Below the pieces are notes generated by a model. The model saw only the letters and a list, made by a program, of their open reading frames with translations, was not told where the DNA came from and did not search any database. The position numbers and the translations under genes are program-made. A stretch of DNA of 63,998 nucleotides, the filler included, from Sanchytrium tribonematis (taxonomy: Eukaryota): assembly GCA_018985235.1 (NCBI GenBank). It is 14 parts of 14 records of this genome, joined end to end, with 100 filler letters (N's around TTAATTAATTAA, not from the genome) between each part and the next. Parts side by side here need not be neighbours in the genome. Positions count along the whole stretch, not along the records: positions 1 to 18,665 come from JADGIG010000108.1; 13 more parts are not named here. The stretch is one strand, 5' to 3'. Below, one piece after another: positions 1 through 11,191 of the stretch; positions within the stretch are counted from its first letter, which is position 1; every line of letters begins with the position of its first letter.

Positions 1-840
1 TCAATTGAAGGTGTTTATCCTTCAAAACCATTGCAGATTAATGATCAATACTTTCCTGGAAACGAGGGGTGTGGTGAAGTAGTAGAAGTCGGAAATTCAA
101 TTTTGGGGTTTGCTCCAGGAGACCGAGTGATTTTTTCAGCTTATGCCAAAGGATTGTGGAGAGAATATGTCTCCGCAAAAGAAAATGAAATTTTGAAAGT
201 ATCACAAGAACTAGATTCTAATAGTGCTGCTATGTTAAGCGTCAATCCGTGTAGTGCTTACCGTATGATTGAAGATTTTGGAAGCCATCAAGTCATCATC
301 CAAAACGCAGCTAATTCACACGTAGGAATGATGGTCATACAAATGGCAAAGCGTCGCGGAATAAAAACTATCAACGTTGTTCGCGATAGAGAAAATTTAA
401 AGTCATTGAAAACTAACTTAATCGATCTTGGCGCGGACTTTGTTTTTTCAGAGTCGGAGATGAAGCTAAGAGAAACCATAAATCTCGTTAAACGTCTTAG
501 CCCTACTTTGGGTTTGAATGCAGTTTGCGGTGAATCTGCGCTAAATATATGCCGGTCTCTATCGGAAAACGGAACACTTGTGACTTATGGTGCTATGAGT
601 AAGAAACCAATTACGGTACCTGCTTCCGTATTTATTTTCAAGAACATCATGCTCAAAGGCTTTTGGATGACAAAATGGACATCCTTGCACTCCCAGGCTG
701 AAAAAGCAGTAATGATCAACGAAATTGAAAAATTAGTTTTAGAAAAAAGCATAAAACTTCCGTCTATCAGAGAGTACAACATTAAAGATTTCCAAGCTGC
801 TTTTGATACTAAAGAGAAGACAATATTTAAGTTTGAATAA
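1..840 (+). CDS. MECR: Mitochondrial enoyl-ACP (trans-2-enoyl-CoA) reductase, 5' truncated by window
   Basis: Open from base 1 (SIEGVYP...PGNEGCG); VNPCSAYRM, QNAANSHVG, LVTYGAMSKKP, IFKNIMLKGFW motifs of Etr1/MECR. Confidence 0.92.
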   Translation, partial: SIEGVYPSKPLQINDQYFPGNEGCGEVVEVGNSILGFAPGDRVIFSAYAKGLWREYVSAKENEILKVSQELDSNSAAMLSVNPCSAYRMIEDFGSHQVIIQNAANSHVGMMVIQMAKRRGIKTINVVRDRENLKSLKTNLIDLGADFVFSESEMKLRETINLVKRLSPTLGLNAVCGESALNICRSLSENGTLVTYGAMSKKPITVPASVFIFKNIMLKGFWMTKWTSLHSQAEKAVMINEIEKLVLEKSIKLPSIREYNIKDFQAAFDTKEKTIFKFE

Positions 841-863
841 AATACTTTTATAATATTGATAGG

Positions 864-1007
864 ATGTCACAAGGAAGCAAATTACAAAAAAAGCCAAAGA
901 AAACAAAACCATATAGCAGAAAAGGAAAACCTGAGAAGCGGAAGCTTAAAATAAAGTCAAATGCTATGGAGAGAATCGAGTTGGATTTGAGAAGGAAATT
1001 AAAATAA
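864..1007 (+). CDS. 47-aa basic protein, UPF0390/C19orf53-like (absent from ORF track)
   Basis: ATG 864 to TAA 1005-1007: MSQGSKLQKKPKK...MERIELDLRRKLK; fills the intergenic gap; stop embedded in AATAAA like neighbouring genes. Confidence 0.55.
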   Translation: MSQGSKLQKKPKKTKPYSRKGKPEKRKLKIKSNAMERIELDLRRKLK

Positions 1008-1036
1008 ATCTTATTATTAGGAGTATCAAAAGAAAC

Positions 1037-2186
1037 ATGACAAAAAAAGTTGCATATTTATATCACTCAGATCTTCCAAACCATTACTATGATGTGTCTC
1101 ACCCAATGAAACCTAGCAGGATAAGAATGGCGCACAATTTGGTTCTTTCATATGGATTATTTAATCATATGGAATGTTTTGAAATTCAACCTGCTACTCT
1201 TAAAGAATTGACTCGATTTCATACCACGGACTATGTTCATTTTTTAAAGAAGGTGGGAGTTCATCAATCTAAACATGGACGGGATATTTCTAAATATACC
1301 ACAACTGATTGTCCAATGTTTGCCAATGTTTACGATTTTTGTTGTTTATCGAGCGGTGGAAGCCTAGATGCTGCGAACCTCTTGAAATCATATGATAAAG
1401 TTATTCACTGGGGAGGTGGGCTTCATCATGCCAAGGCTAATCAGGCTAATGGTTTTTGTTATACGAACGACATAGTGCTTGGAATTTGTGAATTACTGAA
1501 ATTTAATAGACGAGTTCTGTATTTAGATATTGATATCCATCACGGAGGTACATTTTATTAAAATAGACGGGGTGGAGGAAGCATTTTATGCAACAAACAG
1601 AGTTTGTACTGTCAGTTTTCATAGATACGGGGAATTCTTTCCAGGCACGGGTCATTACCGAGATATTGGAATAGGAGATGGACAGGGCTATGCGATTAAT
1701 GTACCATTAAAAGAAGGAATTGACGACGATTCTTATGAGTTTATTTTCCGGCCCATAATGGATGAAGTAATGCAATGGTACAAACCCGACTGCGTTTTTA
1801 TGCAATGCGGGGCAGACTCGTTGGCTGGGGACCGGCTCGGCCGATTTAATATTTCGATGAAAGGGCATGGTGCATGTGTTGAATATATGATGAAATTTAA
1901 TGTTCCAATGGTTATTACGGGTGGAGGGGGTTATTCTGTTAAAAATGTTAGCAAACTGTGGTGCTACGAAACATCCTTGGCCTGTGGAATCGAGTTGGAT
2001 CCACATCTACCGCCTACAGACTATTCTGAGTATTATGGACCAGATCACGTATTGCAAGTCCTGCCACAAGATGATTTGATTAATTTGAATTCAATTTCCG
2101 ATCTAGAGTATGTTAAAGGAAGAGTGTTAGAACAGCTCCGTAATGTCGAGCATGCTCCTAGTATACACGTCCCACAAAACAACTAA
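1037..2186 (+). CDS. RPD3: Class I histone deacetylase; join(1037..1547,1567..2186)
   Basis: HPMKP, GGLHHA, GFCY, DIDIHHG|DGVEEAFY restored by 19-nt intron, QCGADSL, GGGGY. Confidence 0.93.
1548..1566 (+). other. 19-nt GT-AG intron GTACATTTTATTAAAATAG (phase 1)
   Basis: Removal restores HDAC HHGDGVEE. Confidence 0.95.
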
Positions 2187-2815
2187 ATAGATTTAAGTTT
2201 TTCATGTACCCCCAAAAATAAACTGCCACCTAATCCAATCCAAAAAGTTCTGGGCAGCACGCCTTTAAATAATGCCTTTTGTGTGTAAGCCTCTTTGGCA
2301 ACTTCTGAGACAGTTTGTCTTGATAAAATAACTCTAGTTCTGATCACATCTAACGGTGTCGTGATGATAGCTGCAAACGATCCCGCAAAAATACTAGCCA
2401 TAAACAAATTATTTTCTTTAAAATACTCAAATATTGAAAATTGAATGATACTAAATGGAATATCTCTAAATAAAGTTAGCCTAAAACCACGAAATGGTCT
2501 AATGAAATTATTTTGAGAAACTTGCATATGAATTTTGTAATTATCGACCGGAACACGGACTAAGCACGCAGCAATCTCTCCAAATGTTGATCTTAAAAGT
2601 ACAGGTGCCTCAACATGATCGTATACACTGAAAAATAAACCTGCGCTTGGCATTGATCCTATCAAAACCGGGAGAAGACCTTTGTATATATTTTTGAAGC
2701 CACCAGCATTGAGAAAACCTTGTTTACTTTGCATGCGAGTTTTAACTGTGTCTAAAGGGAAAAGGCAAACGTCGACAACCAAACCAGAAATTGCCCCGCT
2801 AAAAAAGCCATGCAT
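2183..2815 (-). CDS. PET8: Mitochondrial carrier, S-adenosylmethionine carrier-like (short, 210 aa)
   Basis: FPLDTVKTRMQ, GEIAACLVRVP, TTPLDVIRTR carrier signatures. Confidence 0.85.
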   Translation of the reverse strand: MHGFFSGAISGLVVDVCLFPLDTVKTRMQSKQGFLNAGGFKNIYKGLLPVLIGSMPSAGLFFSVYDHVEAPVLLRSTFGEIAACLVRVPVDNYKIHMQVSQNNFIRPFRGFRLTLFRDIPFSIIQFSIFEYFKENNLFMASIFAGSFAAIITTPLDVIRTRVILSRQTVSEVAKEAYTQKALFKGVLPRTFWIGLGGSLFLGVHEKLKSI

Positions 2816-2829
2816 GTTACAAGGAAATT

Positions 2830-3942
2830 TTATTTTCTTCCGGTTTGCGGATATGGCAAAACATCAGCAATTTTGGTCTTCTTTAATAAAATCATTATCA
2901 GTCTGTCTACTCCTAGTCCCCATCCAGTGGTAGGTGGCATTCCGAGTCGAAGAGTATCAATATATTCCTTATCTATAGGATTATTTTTACCAATTGATTC
3001 TAACTTTTCCAGCTGGAGATCTGCTCCATTTTCTTCTTCGTAACAATTTATAAGCTCAATTCCGTTAAAATACAATTCAAAAGATTTGCTAATATTCGGA
3101 TTGTCATTTAGTCCCTGCTTTGCAAGAGGGCTGAGATATTTTGGGGATCCCAGAACAAATACAAAATAATCGGGATACTTCTTCAATTCAAGTTGAACTT
3201 CTTTTTCATAATGATGCTCAGAATATGCGCTCGAGTTTAATTCTATAAATTTTGGGAAATAATTCAAATATTTGTAGACAAAGGTATTCAGAAATGATTT
3301 TGTGAAGTTAATCCAATCATTAAGAGTCGTACCGGCCTCATATGCCTCACAGATCGTAAATTCAGGATGATGTGTATGATCCATTCCTTCGTTGCGGAAA
3401 ACTTTCGCTATTTCAAACACTTTGGGAAAACCAGCAACAATAAATCTTTTGAGATACAATTCTGGAGAAATTCTAAGAAACATTTGCTTATCAACTGATC
3501 GACAATGGGTTTTAAATGGAGTGGCAGTGGCACCACCATAAATAGGCTGAATAATAGGTGTTTGAACTTCCATGTACAGGTTGTTCAAATAGTACGATCT
3601 TATGTCTTGTAAGATAGAAAATCGACTACGCAAAATGCGCAGTTTGTCACTAACAATCATTTGCTCTGTTGCATTTTTGGAGTTTTTGCCAAAAGGAATA
3701 ATTTTCTCAGGTGATGCTAACTTCCTCACCGTTTGCGCAAAAAAACTATAAGAACTTCTTTTGCTATATCCAAAATCACCAGAAAATTCTACCACGTCTC
3801 CAATTCCAAGCGAAATATGATCAATTAGCTCGCCTTTTACAATGACCTGAATTTTGTCTATTCCATTGATATACAAATCGTAGAACTGCGCTGCTTTGTG
3901 AGATCTCTTCTTATGAATCCTTCCAAATATCTTGAGCGCCAT
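2830..3942 (-). CDS. Lysyl-tRNA synthetase class II (probably mitochondrial); N-terminus uncertain
   Basis: GGATATPF, LRISPELYLKR, FRNEG..HHPEFT, GMPPTTGWGLGVDRL. Confidence 0.9.
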   Translation of the reverse strand: MALKIFGRIHKKRSHKAAQFYDLYINGIDKIQVIVKGELIDHISLGIGDVVEFSGDFGYSKRSSYSFFAQTVRKLASPEKIIPFGKNSKNATEQMIVSDKLRILRSRFSILQDIRSYYLNNLYMEVQTPIIQPIYGGATATPFKTHCRSVDKQMFLRISPELYLKRFIVAGFPKVFEIAKVFRNEGMDHTHHPEFTICEAYEAGTTLNDWINFTKSFLNTFVYKYLNYFPKFIELNSSAYSEHHYEKEVQLELKKYPDYFVFVLGSPKYLSPLAKQGLNDNPNISKSFELYFNGIELINCYEEENGADLQLEKLESIGKNNPIDKEYIDTLRLGMPPTTGWGLGVDRLIMILLKKTKIADVLPYPQTGRK

Positions 3943-4118
3943 TGTGGACCAATTCCAAAATGTTCCAAATTTTCCCCAAATTTGACTTGGTCAAGTAGTT
4001 TCAAAATTCGCAGGGGATCAACAAATTCATTAGCGTCTGGATTTAGCATAGACACAATTTAACTTCTACTGCTTTTTATTCAGTCAAAATCAAGGGGTAC
4101 TGGCCTTGACACGTCGAA

Positions 4119-5550
4119 ATGAATAATGGGCAATTACAAATCGGAGACTATCAATTGGTAGAGACATTAGGTGTAGGCAGTTTTGGGAAAGTAAGGCTAG
4201 CCATACACCAACCCACAGGTATCAAAGTTGCACTTAAATTTATCAATCGCCAATTATTAAAATCTAAAGATATGCATGGTCGAGTGAAACGGGAGATAGA
4301 GTTTCTATTATTTTTAAATCATCCTCACATAATTAAATTATACACTACCTTTACAACAAGTTCAGACATAGTGATGGTCATGGAAGTTGCAGATGGGGAA
4401 TTATTTGACCTTATTGTGAAAAAGGGGAAAATGAGTGAAGATATTGGCCGAAGCTATTTTCAACAGATAATGTCAGCCGTGGAATACTGCCATCGGCATT
4501 GTATTGTTCACAGAGATTTAAAACCAGAAAATATCTTACTTTGTGGGAATATGATTCGAATAGTAGATTTTGGACTTTCTCAAGTCATAAAAGATGGTGA
4601 ATTTCTAAAAACGTCTTGTGGCAGTCCAAATTATGCTGCACCGGAAGTAAATTATACTTATTTAGGTAATTAGTGGTAAATTTTATGCAGGACCTGAGGT
4701 CGATATATGGAGTTGTGGGGTTATTTTATACGTTATGCTAGTGGGTAGACTGCCGTTTGATGACGAGTCTATTCCAAATTTATTTCAAAAAATTAATAAT
4801 GGAGTATTTGTTATTCCTTCTTTTTTGTCACCAGGAAGTGCAGATCTATTAAAAAAAATGCTTGTTGTGGATCCTTTAAAACGTGTGAGTATAAAAGAGA
4901 TTCGAGACACCGCTTGGTTTGTCGTTAATTTACCAGATTATCTTCAGCCTCTGCCCGAAGTTCAAGCATTTAATTCCGAGATATTGGACGAAAGTGCAAT
5001 TGATCAGCTCATTCACAAGCTACATGTGGATAAGGAGCATTTAGTGAATGCCCTTAAAAGTGAAAAAACGAATTCCAATCACCCTGTCACAGTGGCTTAT
5101 CAATTGGTTAGAGATAATATTCGTGTTTATTCTGACCCTATCCGTAAAGACATATCTATGAAACCCAGTCTTCAGCAGGATTCAAATATCCCCACACTAG
5201 AAGTCCTTTCAAGCAGTGTTCCAACATCTATGTCATTTCCAAAGCCAAGTACTGCAAAAAGTAAATGGCATGTAGGAATTAGGAGCCGAAGCAGTCCACT
5301 TCAGATTTTATACGAAATCTACAAAAGCATTTCAAAATTACCAATGAAATGGAAATCATTAGATCCGTTTTCATTGAGAGTTTTATACATTTACCATGAT
5401 TTGGAAATTAAGTTGGATTTACAGCTTTACAGCGTGGATACTAACTATTATTTATTAGACTTCCGAGCAGTACAACCGTCAATGATGAATGTCCTTGGCT
5501 TTTTTGAGGCATGTTGCTTAATTATCACTGAATTGGCAATAAATAGTTAA
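4119..5550 (+). CDS. SNF1: AMPK/Snf1 catalytic subunit; join(4119..4646,4666..5550)
   Basis: LKTSCGSPNYAAPE|VISGKFYAGPEVDIWSCG restored by intron; C-terminal KWHVGIRS domain. Confidence 0.95.
4647..4665 (+). other. 19-nt GT-AG intron GTAAATTATACTTATTTAG (phase 0)
   Basis: Removal restores YAAPEVISGK. Confidence 0.95.
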
Positions 5551-6483
5551 CTAGTCTTCTTTTAAAATTGGACTTTCTTCTGTTGGGCTAGATGGTATCT
5601 CAACATCATCTACTTGACTTCTATACTTTTCATAAAAGATCAGAGCAGTTCCAAAACAAATAAATAGAGCCCCAACTAGACTTAAAATGTTAATACTTTC
5701 ATCAAATAGAAAAAATGAATATAAAAATGCAAACACAACATCCAAATTGCGCATTAGAGTAGCACTGCTACTTGCTAGCTGCAAACCCCGATTAACAGTG
5801 ACTTGACCCAGATAGGCAAAAATCACTACTCCAATTAAATAAAATGAATCTAAAATATTTGGGATAATAGGCCCAATGAATAAAGTAGGAAAAAAACTTA
5901 TCAGGGAGCTTGTGATACCAAAATAGAATACTAAGCACAAATGGTTTGCACGATTTCCAATAATTGCAATCATTATATAGGCACAAGCTGATATAAATGC
6001 GCCGGCTAACGATATCAATAGAGCCAACTTGTCCGATGTTTCTTCCACTGGGAATATACCCAAAAAACTTGGGCGAGCCACAAGCAATGTGCCTAATAAA
6101 CAAAAGAGAATTGACAGTAAATGAACAACATTCAAGCTTTGCTTCAAAAACATTGCAGAAAGAATTGTTGTCATTGCAGGTGCCGTAAAAAATACTGCAG
6201 TGGTGTCTCCTAAATTTCCATAGCGAACCCCATAAAAGTAAAATCCAACGCTAAAAGCACCAAAAAGCCCTCTCAACAACAAAAGTGCCCTTATGTGTCT
6301 TTTCCCAAAAGGGTTAATGCCTTTCAACCAACAAGCTATTGCAGCTATTAAGGTCTGACAAACACTTCGAATAAAAACGATCTGTGCTGCGCCTAAGCTG
6401 CACGATTTCACAAATAGAGACATCCAGCTGAAAAATAAAGCACTGGCAGTGACAAATAAAAATCCTTTTACTTCAGAACGCAT
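5551..6483 (-). CDS. EamA/DMT family transporter (SLC35G-like)
   Basis: About 10 hydrophobic helices; LLLRGLFG and LMRNLDVVFAF motifs; start chosen at second ATG. Confidence 0.8.
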   Translation of the reverse strand: MRSEVKGFLFVTASALFFSWMSLFVKSCSLGAAQIVFIRSVCQTLIAAIACWLKGINPFGKRHIRALLLLRGLFGAFSVGFYFYGVRYGNLGDTTAVFFTAPAMTTILSAMFLKQSLNVVHLLSILFCLLGTLLVARPSFLGIFPVEETSDKLALLISLAGAFISACAYIMIAIIGNRANHLCLVFYFGITSSLISFFPTLFIGPIIPNILDSFYLIGVVIFAYLGQVTVNRGLQLASSSATLMRNLDVVFAFLYSFFLFDESINILSLVGALFICFGTALIFYEKYRSQVDDVEIPSSPTEESPILKED

Positions 6484-6681
6484 TTTGAGAGTTTGTGATT
6501 TTAAAGTACCCCTAGTCATTTTCAGGATGCTTTGATTAACTTAAATTTTAGGGAAGGTACTCACGTACAAGCATGAGACAAATTTACATAAACCTCAGTT
6601 TTAGCGGAAATAAAATTTAGGTTATGACACATGAACAAATAGCGCCAATATAAACCCCTTTGGTAACAGGCAGAAATACTC

Positions 6682-8115
6682 ATGGAAACAACTATTCCCT
6701 CTGACTCAGACTTGGTGGCTAAATATCAAATTGTGCTTCAAAATAAGGATTCAGAAATTGCTGCAAAAGACGATCAAATAACGAAACTCAATTTAAAAAT
6801 TAACAAGCTCAACAAAGAAATGTATCAATTAAAGAGAAAATATCGAAGCAGTCTAAGCAATAGATCCGCAAATGATGAGAATATACCTATGCCGGAATAC
6901 AAAAATAATGACGAGCTTGTAGCTCTCAAAGAAGCGAGTGGAGCCTTGTATAAAGACAATGTTCAATTGCAAAACCAAAACGATGTTCTAAAAAATGCGA
7001 TTTTATCCATAGATAATTATTTATTTCCAAAATTGATGGACAGATCAAATTTGAATGAACAACTGACTCGAGTTGATCTTGGTATACAACAAAAAGTCTT
7101 TGAAGTTAAGCAGCTAAAGAATTTAAATCAAGATTTATTATGCTCTAAAAATGAAGATATTTCAAAGACAATTCAAACAAACCTTCAGCCCTTTATTGTA
7201 AAGCATTCTAATTTGATGCAAGAAAACAAGGAATTGCAACTCGATTTGAGCATGGCTATAAAACAGTCAAGCTTCTACAAAAAGCAAGTTTCAATTATGG
7301 ACGAGGTTCTCAATGAGTTGGAAAAACAAATGATTGAAAAAGATGAAGTCGAAAATGTACAAAAAATTATTCAAAGAGAATCAAAAATGAAAATTTTGAC
7401 AGAAGAATGTCAAAGCTTAAGAAAAGAAATTTTGAATACTGAATTCAAAATTGAATGCAAGCATTCTCTCCAGCTTATAGATCATTCTTTTCTGACTCAG
7501 GCATATCAAATTATCAACGAATTAAATGCTAAAATTTTGGAATTGCAATCCAAGCTGAACGATTTTGGTCCTCGGCTAGACAGATTAGAATATTTATTCT
7601 GCAAATACCATTTAAAAGAACAAGACGACAATATTTTCGCTTTTGTTGGTAGCCCCGCTATGGAACATTTTATTGCTTCCAGGTCAATTTTAAAAGCTCT
7701 ATGTAAAAGTAATTATGAATTACTGACGATGTTGGTCGACAAAAAAGTTGAGCATGTTCCAAAATCTATTTTGGATCAGAAGCAGCTCGAAATTCAAGAC
7801 AAAGAACAACAACTTGCTACAAAGACTAAGCTTTTGAATCGTACCAAACAAATTTTTGCTCAAAAAGCGAAGCAGGTTAGAGATGTAACTTGTACATTAC
7901 TTGGCTGGAGTTTGGACCTATTAGATAATAATAGATTTAAATTATCTGACTCGGGTGATCAGTATTTTATTTTTCAGGAAACGGAAGGAAAATTTAGTTT
8001 AGTATCAATGGATACATCAAAATTTCAATTATATCAGCCATTAATCGAGAGTTGTATTAATCAAAGAAATTCTTTTCCAGAGTTTCTTGCTACCGTTTTA
8101 ATTAATAAAATTTAA
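6682..8115 (+). CDS. MAD1: Spindle checkpoint protein Mad1-like coiled-coil protein
   Basis: Long coiled coil; C-terminal RTKQIFAQKAKQVRDVTCTLLGW...SFPEFLATV resembles the Mad1 C-terminal domain. Confidence 0.7.
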   Translation: METTIPSDSDLVAKYQIVLQNKDSEIAAKDDQITKLNLKINKLNKEMYQLKRKYRSSLSNRSANDENIPMPEYKNNDELVALKEASGALYKDNVQLQNQNDVLKNAILSIDNYLFPKLMDRSNLNEQLTRVDLGIQQKVFEVKQLKNLNQDLLCSKNEDISKTIQTNLQPFIVKHSNLMQENKELQLDLSMAIKQSSFYKKQVSIMDEVLNELEKQMIEKDEVENVQKIIQRESKMKILTEECQSLRKEILNTEFKIECKHSLQLIDHSFLTQAYQIINELNAKILELQSKLNDFGPRLDRLEYLFCKYHLKEQDDNIFAFVGSPAMEHFIASRSILKALCKSNYELLTMLVDKKVEHVPKSILDQKQLEIQDKEQQLATKTKLLNRTKQIFAQKAKQVRDVTCTLLGWSLDLLDNNRFKLSDSGDQYFIFQETEGKFSLVSMDTSKFQLYQPLIESCINQRNSFPEFLATVLINKI

Positions 8116-8137
8116 GATGTAATTTATTTTTTAAAAC

Positions 8138-9755
8138 ATGATCATCAGAGTTCGTACAGCGAATGGTCAGTTTAGATTTGAAATCAGCAATGGAATTGAA
8201 GAACTCGCTCAATTAATTAATCAAGAATTAAAATATTCCACGTTCACTTTATCCTTAGACCCAAAGGGTCGCCAGCCAGTTGGCCAATTACAGCATGGAA
8301 TGCAAGTGTATCTCCAGTCTGAAATCGAAATACTTAGCACTTCAAAAAAAGAAACGCCAAAGACAACTTTGGAAGATAAGATACCGCAATTAAGTGCTCT
8401 TGATCAAATGCTATGGAAATCCGATGGGGAAGTTGCTCGATCAATATCTACAATGTGTAGACATGGTGATAAAGGCAAATGCTCCTATTGCTCCTCATTG
8501 GCTCCATACGACGCTGAGTATTTGTCAAGTCAAAATATAAAACATCTCAGCTTTCATTCATACTTGAAGAAATTGAAAGCTGACAAACCAGATTTTTTGA
8601 ACTTTATTCTTGAGGAAGATGAAATTAAAGCTGGCATTACCACGAAAAATGCTTCCACTAGCACCTTATCATCCACAGTGACTTTACAAAGACAAAAGTT
8701 TAGAATGGTGGATCATTTAGAATTTGAGACTCACGATATGGTGGACAAATTTCTCAAGTCATGGAGAAGTACTGGATCTCAGAGATTAGGCTGGCTTATT
8801 GGTTATTATGGTGCATATGACCAGGTTCCCTTAGGAATTAAAACCGTTGTTTGCACAATTTATGAACCGTCTCAGCACGGATTCGTAGACGGTGTTCAGG
8901 TTTACTATTTTCCTGGCCTTAGCTCTAGTACTGATGAATTTAAGCATGCAAAATTAGAGTTTGATCAGTTAAGGAATGTTTGTGAGCTTTTAGGACTTGA
9001 AATCGTAGTTATAATTTATGCAGGTGGGACTTATAATGACAGATTTGAAAGACGACGGAACATCGCAGGGCAAAGTTTTGCACAAAAGACACCTCGATAC
9101 ATATTTTTTGTCATCCCAGGAATGTCTTCTCGCGGGCATGCTTCAGAACGAATTTAAATACAAAACCCCATTAAGTAGCTCAAACGAATTTGGAAGTAGA
9201 TTTATAACTTGTGTAGCAAGTGGTAATAGTGATGGCGGGATTGAAATCGAGGCATATCAAGTTTCCAATGCATGTATGAGTCTTTGTAAAAACAATTTGA
9301 TTGAAGCAACTTTCCATCCAAACCATATGCAACTTAGAGATATACCACAAAAACCGACGTTGCAATACCGATACGTGGACAAATATGGGAACTCAGTTAG
9401 TGAGATAGCAAATCCAACTTTCCCGATTGAGTATATGTTATTAACTTTAACTCATGGCTTTCCACAACAAGCAAATCCATTTTTCAAGAGTACTAAATAC
9501 TTCAACATTGAAAATCGAATTACTGAACCACAAGAACCATCGTTACTCAAATCCTATTTTCAGTCGGAAACAGTACTCTTTGATTTGTCTAATCTACATG
9601 TAATTATGTTTTTGGTTAAAATGTCACTCCTAGATGACCAAACTACAAAGTTGATATGTGAAATTGCTAAAAATCCAGAAAGCGATCATTCAATGCAACT
9701 GTTTTCCTCTCCTGGCTGGCAAACATTGGAATTGTTGATACAAGATTATGAATAA
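8138..9755 (+). CDS. NPL4: Nuclear protein localization protein 4; join(8138..9004,9024..9755)
   Basis: CRHGDKGKCSYC, HLSFHSY, TLQRQKFRMVDH, VPLGIK; LGLEI|VGLIMTDL restored by intron. Confidence 0.94.
9005..9023 (+). other. 19-nt GT-AG intron GTAGTTATAATTTATGCAG (phase 0)
   Basis: Joins the two Npl4 ORFs in frame. Confidence 0.92.
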
Positions 9756-9777
9756 ATTATGCGCAAATTGTCTCCTT

Positions 9778-11094
9778 ATGTCACAGACTTCTAATTTGCG
9801 AATTATTCTAATTAGCATTATATTTTTTGGCATAAGCCTCGTCTGGAGTCTAGAGTTATCCTTCGGAACCCCGTTTTTATTGGCATTGGGATGGACCAAG
9901 TCTTCAACGAGTTTTATATGGTTAGCAGGTCCTTTATCTGGATTATTGGCGCAACCGTTAGTCGGAAGCTACTCAGACCAGCACACAACTAGATTTGGTA
10001 GACGTAGGCCATTAATGGTTATTAGCACAATCATAATCTTGTTTTCAATGTTAATGATTTATCAAGAAACTACAATAATGGTTGCTTTGGGTTTTTACTT
10101 TTTGGATTTTAGTGTTAATTCTTTACAGGCAATTTCTCGGGCATTTGTATTAGATGTTGTGGAAAGCGTAGATCATGCAAAAATTACTGCATGGTCTTCT
10201 ATTATGGGAGGCGTAGGAACAATTTGTGGAAATTTTATGGGATATATGAGAGATTATGGAAGCAGCAAAGATGCGCCAATAAGGAGAATGAAAGACTTGT
10301 TATTTATCAGCTCATTTATTTTAATTATAACTACAACTATTAGTTGTGTAATTGGCCAAGAAATTGTAAGGTATAGGTACGTCCCCAAAGGCCTGGGAGC
10401 TTTGGTCAGAAAACTTATGAGAGGCATATTTAATTTACCCAAAGAGATGCAGAATCTTTGTGCTGTGCAATTTTTTACATGGATGGGATTTTTCCCTTTT
10501 TTATTCTATTCTAGCACTTGGATTGCGGAGTATGCTGCTTACTCTAAACGTCCATTTGATACAGAATATTCTGAGTATGCCGCCGAAATGGGATCTTATG
10601 GAACACTGTGGTTTAGCAATGTTGCATTTGCTTCCTCATTTCTACTGCCCCTAATTTCTAAGTGGATTGACAAGCGGCATTTATATACCATGTGTTTATA
10701 CCTTTTTTGTTGCTTATTGGCGTCGACAATCGTCGTCACAGGTGCAAAACAAGCAATTGCAATAACAGCTGCAGCTGGAATTACTTGGGCAGCAATGGCT
10801 TGGCTTCCTTTTGTAATTGTAGCAGAATTTATATCAAAAAATCAAGAATTGGTTACCGTTGAAAGGTCCACCTTGGATTCGGGGTCTCTATTAGGAATTT
10901 TAAACGTGTTCGTAGTACTACCTCAATTTGTTATGCTGATAATTTCTACGGTCATGTTTTCGATTTTTGAAGGTATAGATGGCCCGTTCGGTTTGTGGAC
11001 AGATGCAATTGGGTGGATTCTGAGAATTGGCTGTATTTTCTTAATTTTTGCTACTTATATTTCTCAGTCTCTTTGGATCAAGTATGAAAGATAA
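9778..11094 (+). CDS. Sut1/SLC45-like sucrose/alpha-glucoside:H+ symporter (MFS)
   Basis: WLAGPLSGLLAQPLVGSYSD, RFGRRRP, QFFTWMGFFPF, GILNVFVVLPQ. Confidence 0.88.
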   Translation: MSQTSNLRIILISIIFFGISLVWSLELSFGTPFLLALGWTKSSTSFIWLAGPLSGLLAQPLVGSYSDQHTTRFGRRRPLMVISTIIILFSMLMIYQETTIMVALGFYFLDFSVNSLQAISRAFVLDVVESVDHAKITAWSSIMGGVGTICGNFMGYMRDYGSSKDAPIRRMKDLLFISSFILIITTTISCVIGQEIVRYRYVPKGLGALVRKLMRGIFNLPKEMQNLCAVQFFTWMGFFPFLFYSSTWIAEYAAYSKRPFDTEYSEYAAEMGSYGTLWFSNVAFASSFLLPLISKWIDKRHLYTMCLYLFCCLLASTIVVTGAKQAIAITAAAGITWAAMAWLPFVIVAEFISKNQELVTVERSTLDSGSLLGILNVFVVLPQFVMLIISTVMFSIFEGIDGPFGLWTDAIGWILRIGCIFLIFATYISQSLWIKYER

Positions 11095-11191
11095 TGCTTA
11101 ATACCCTTTTATTTGATTGTATAATTATTCTAAATAAATTTCCAAATACAACTACGTCGCACTTTTTGAAACCATTCTTCAATATTGATAG

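Noticed and set aside
3930..3950. 19-nt GT..AG (GTCCACAATGGCGCTCAAG, minus strand) near the LysRS start
   Set aside because: GC-rich, lacks T12/A14, and removal does not give the LysRS frame
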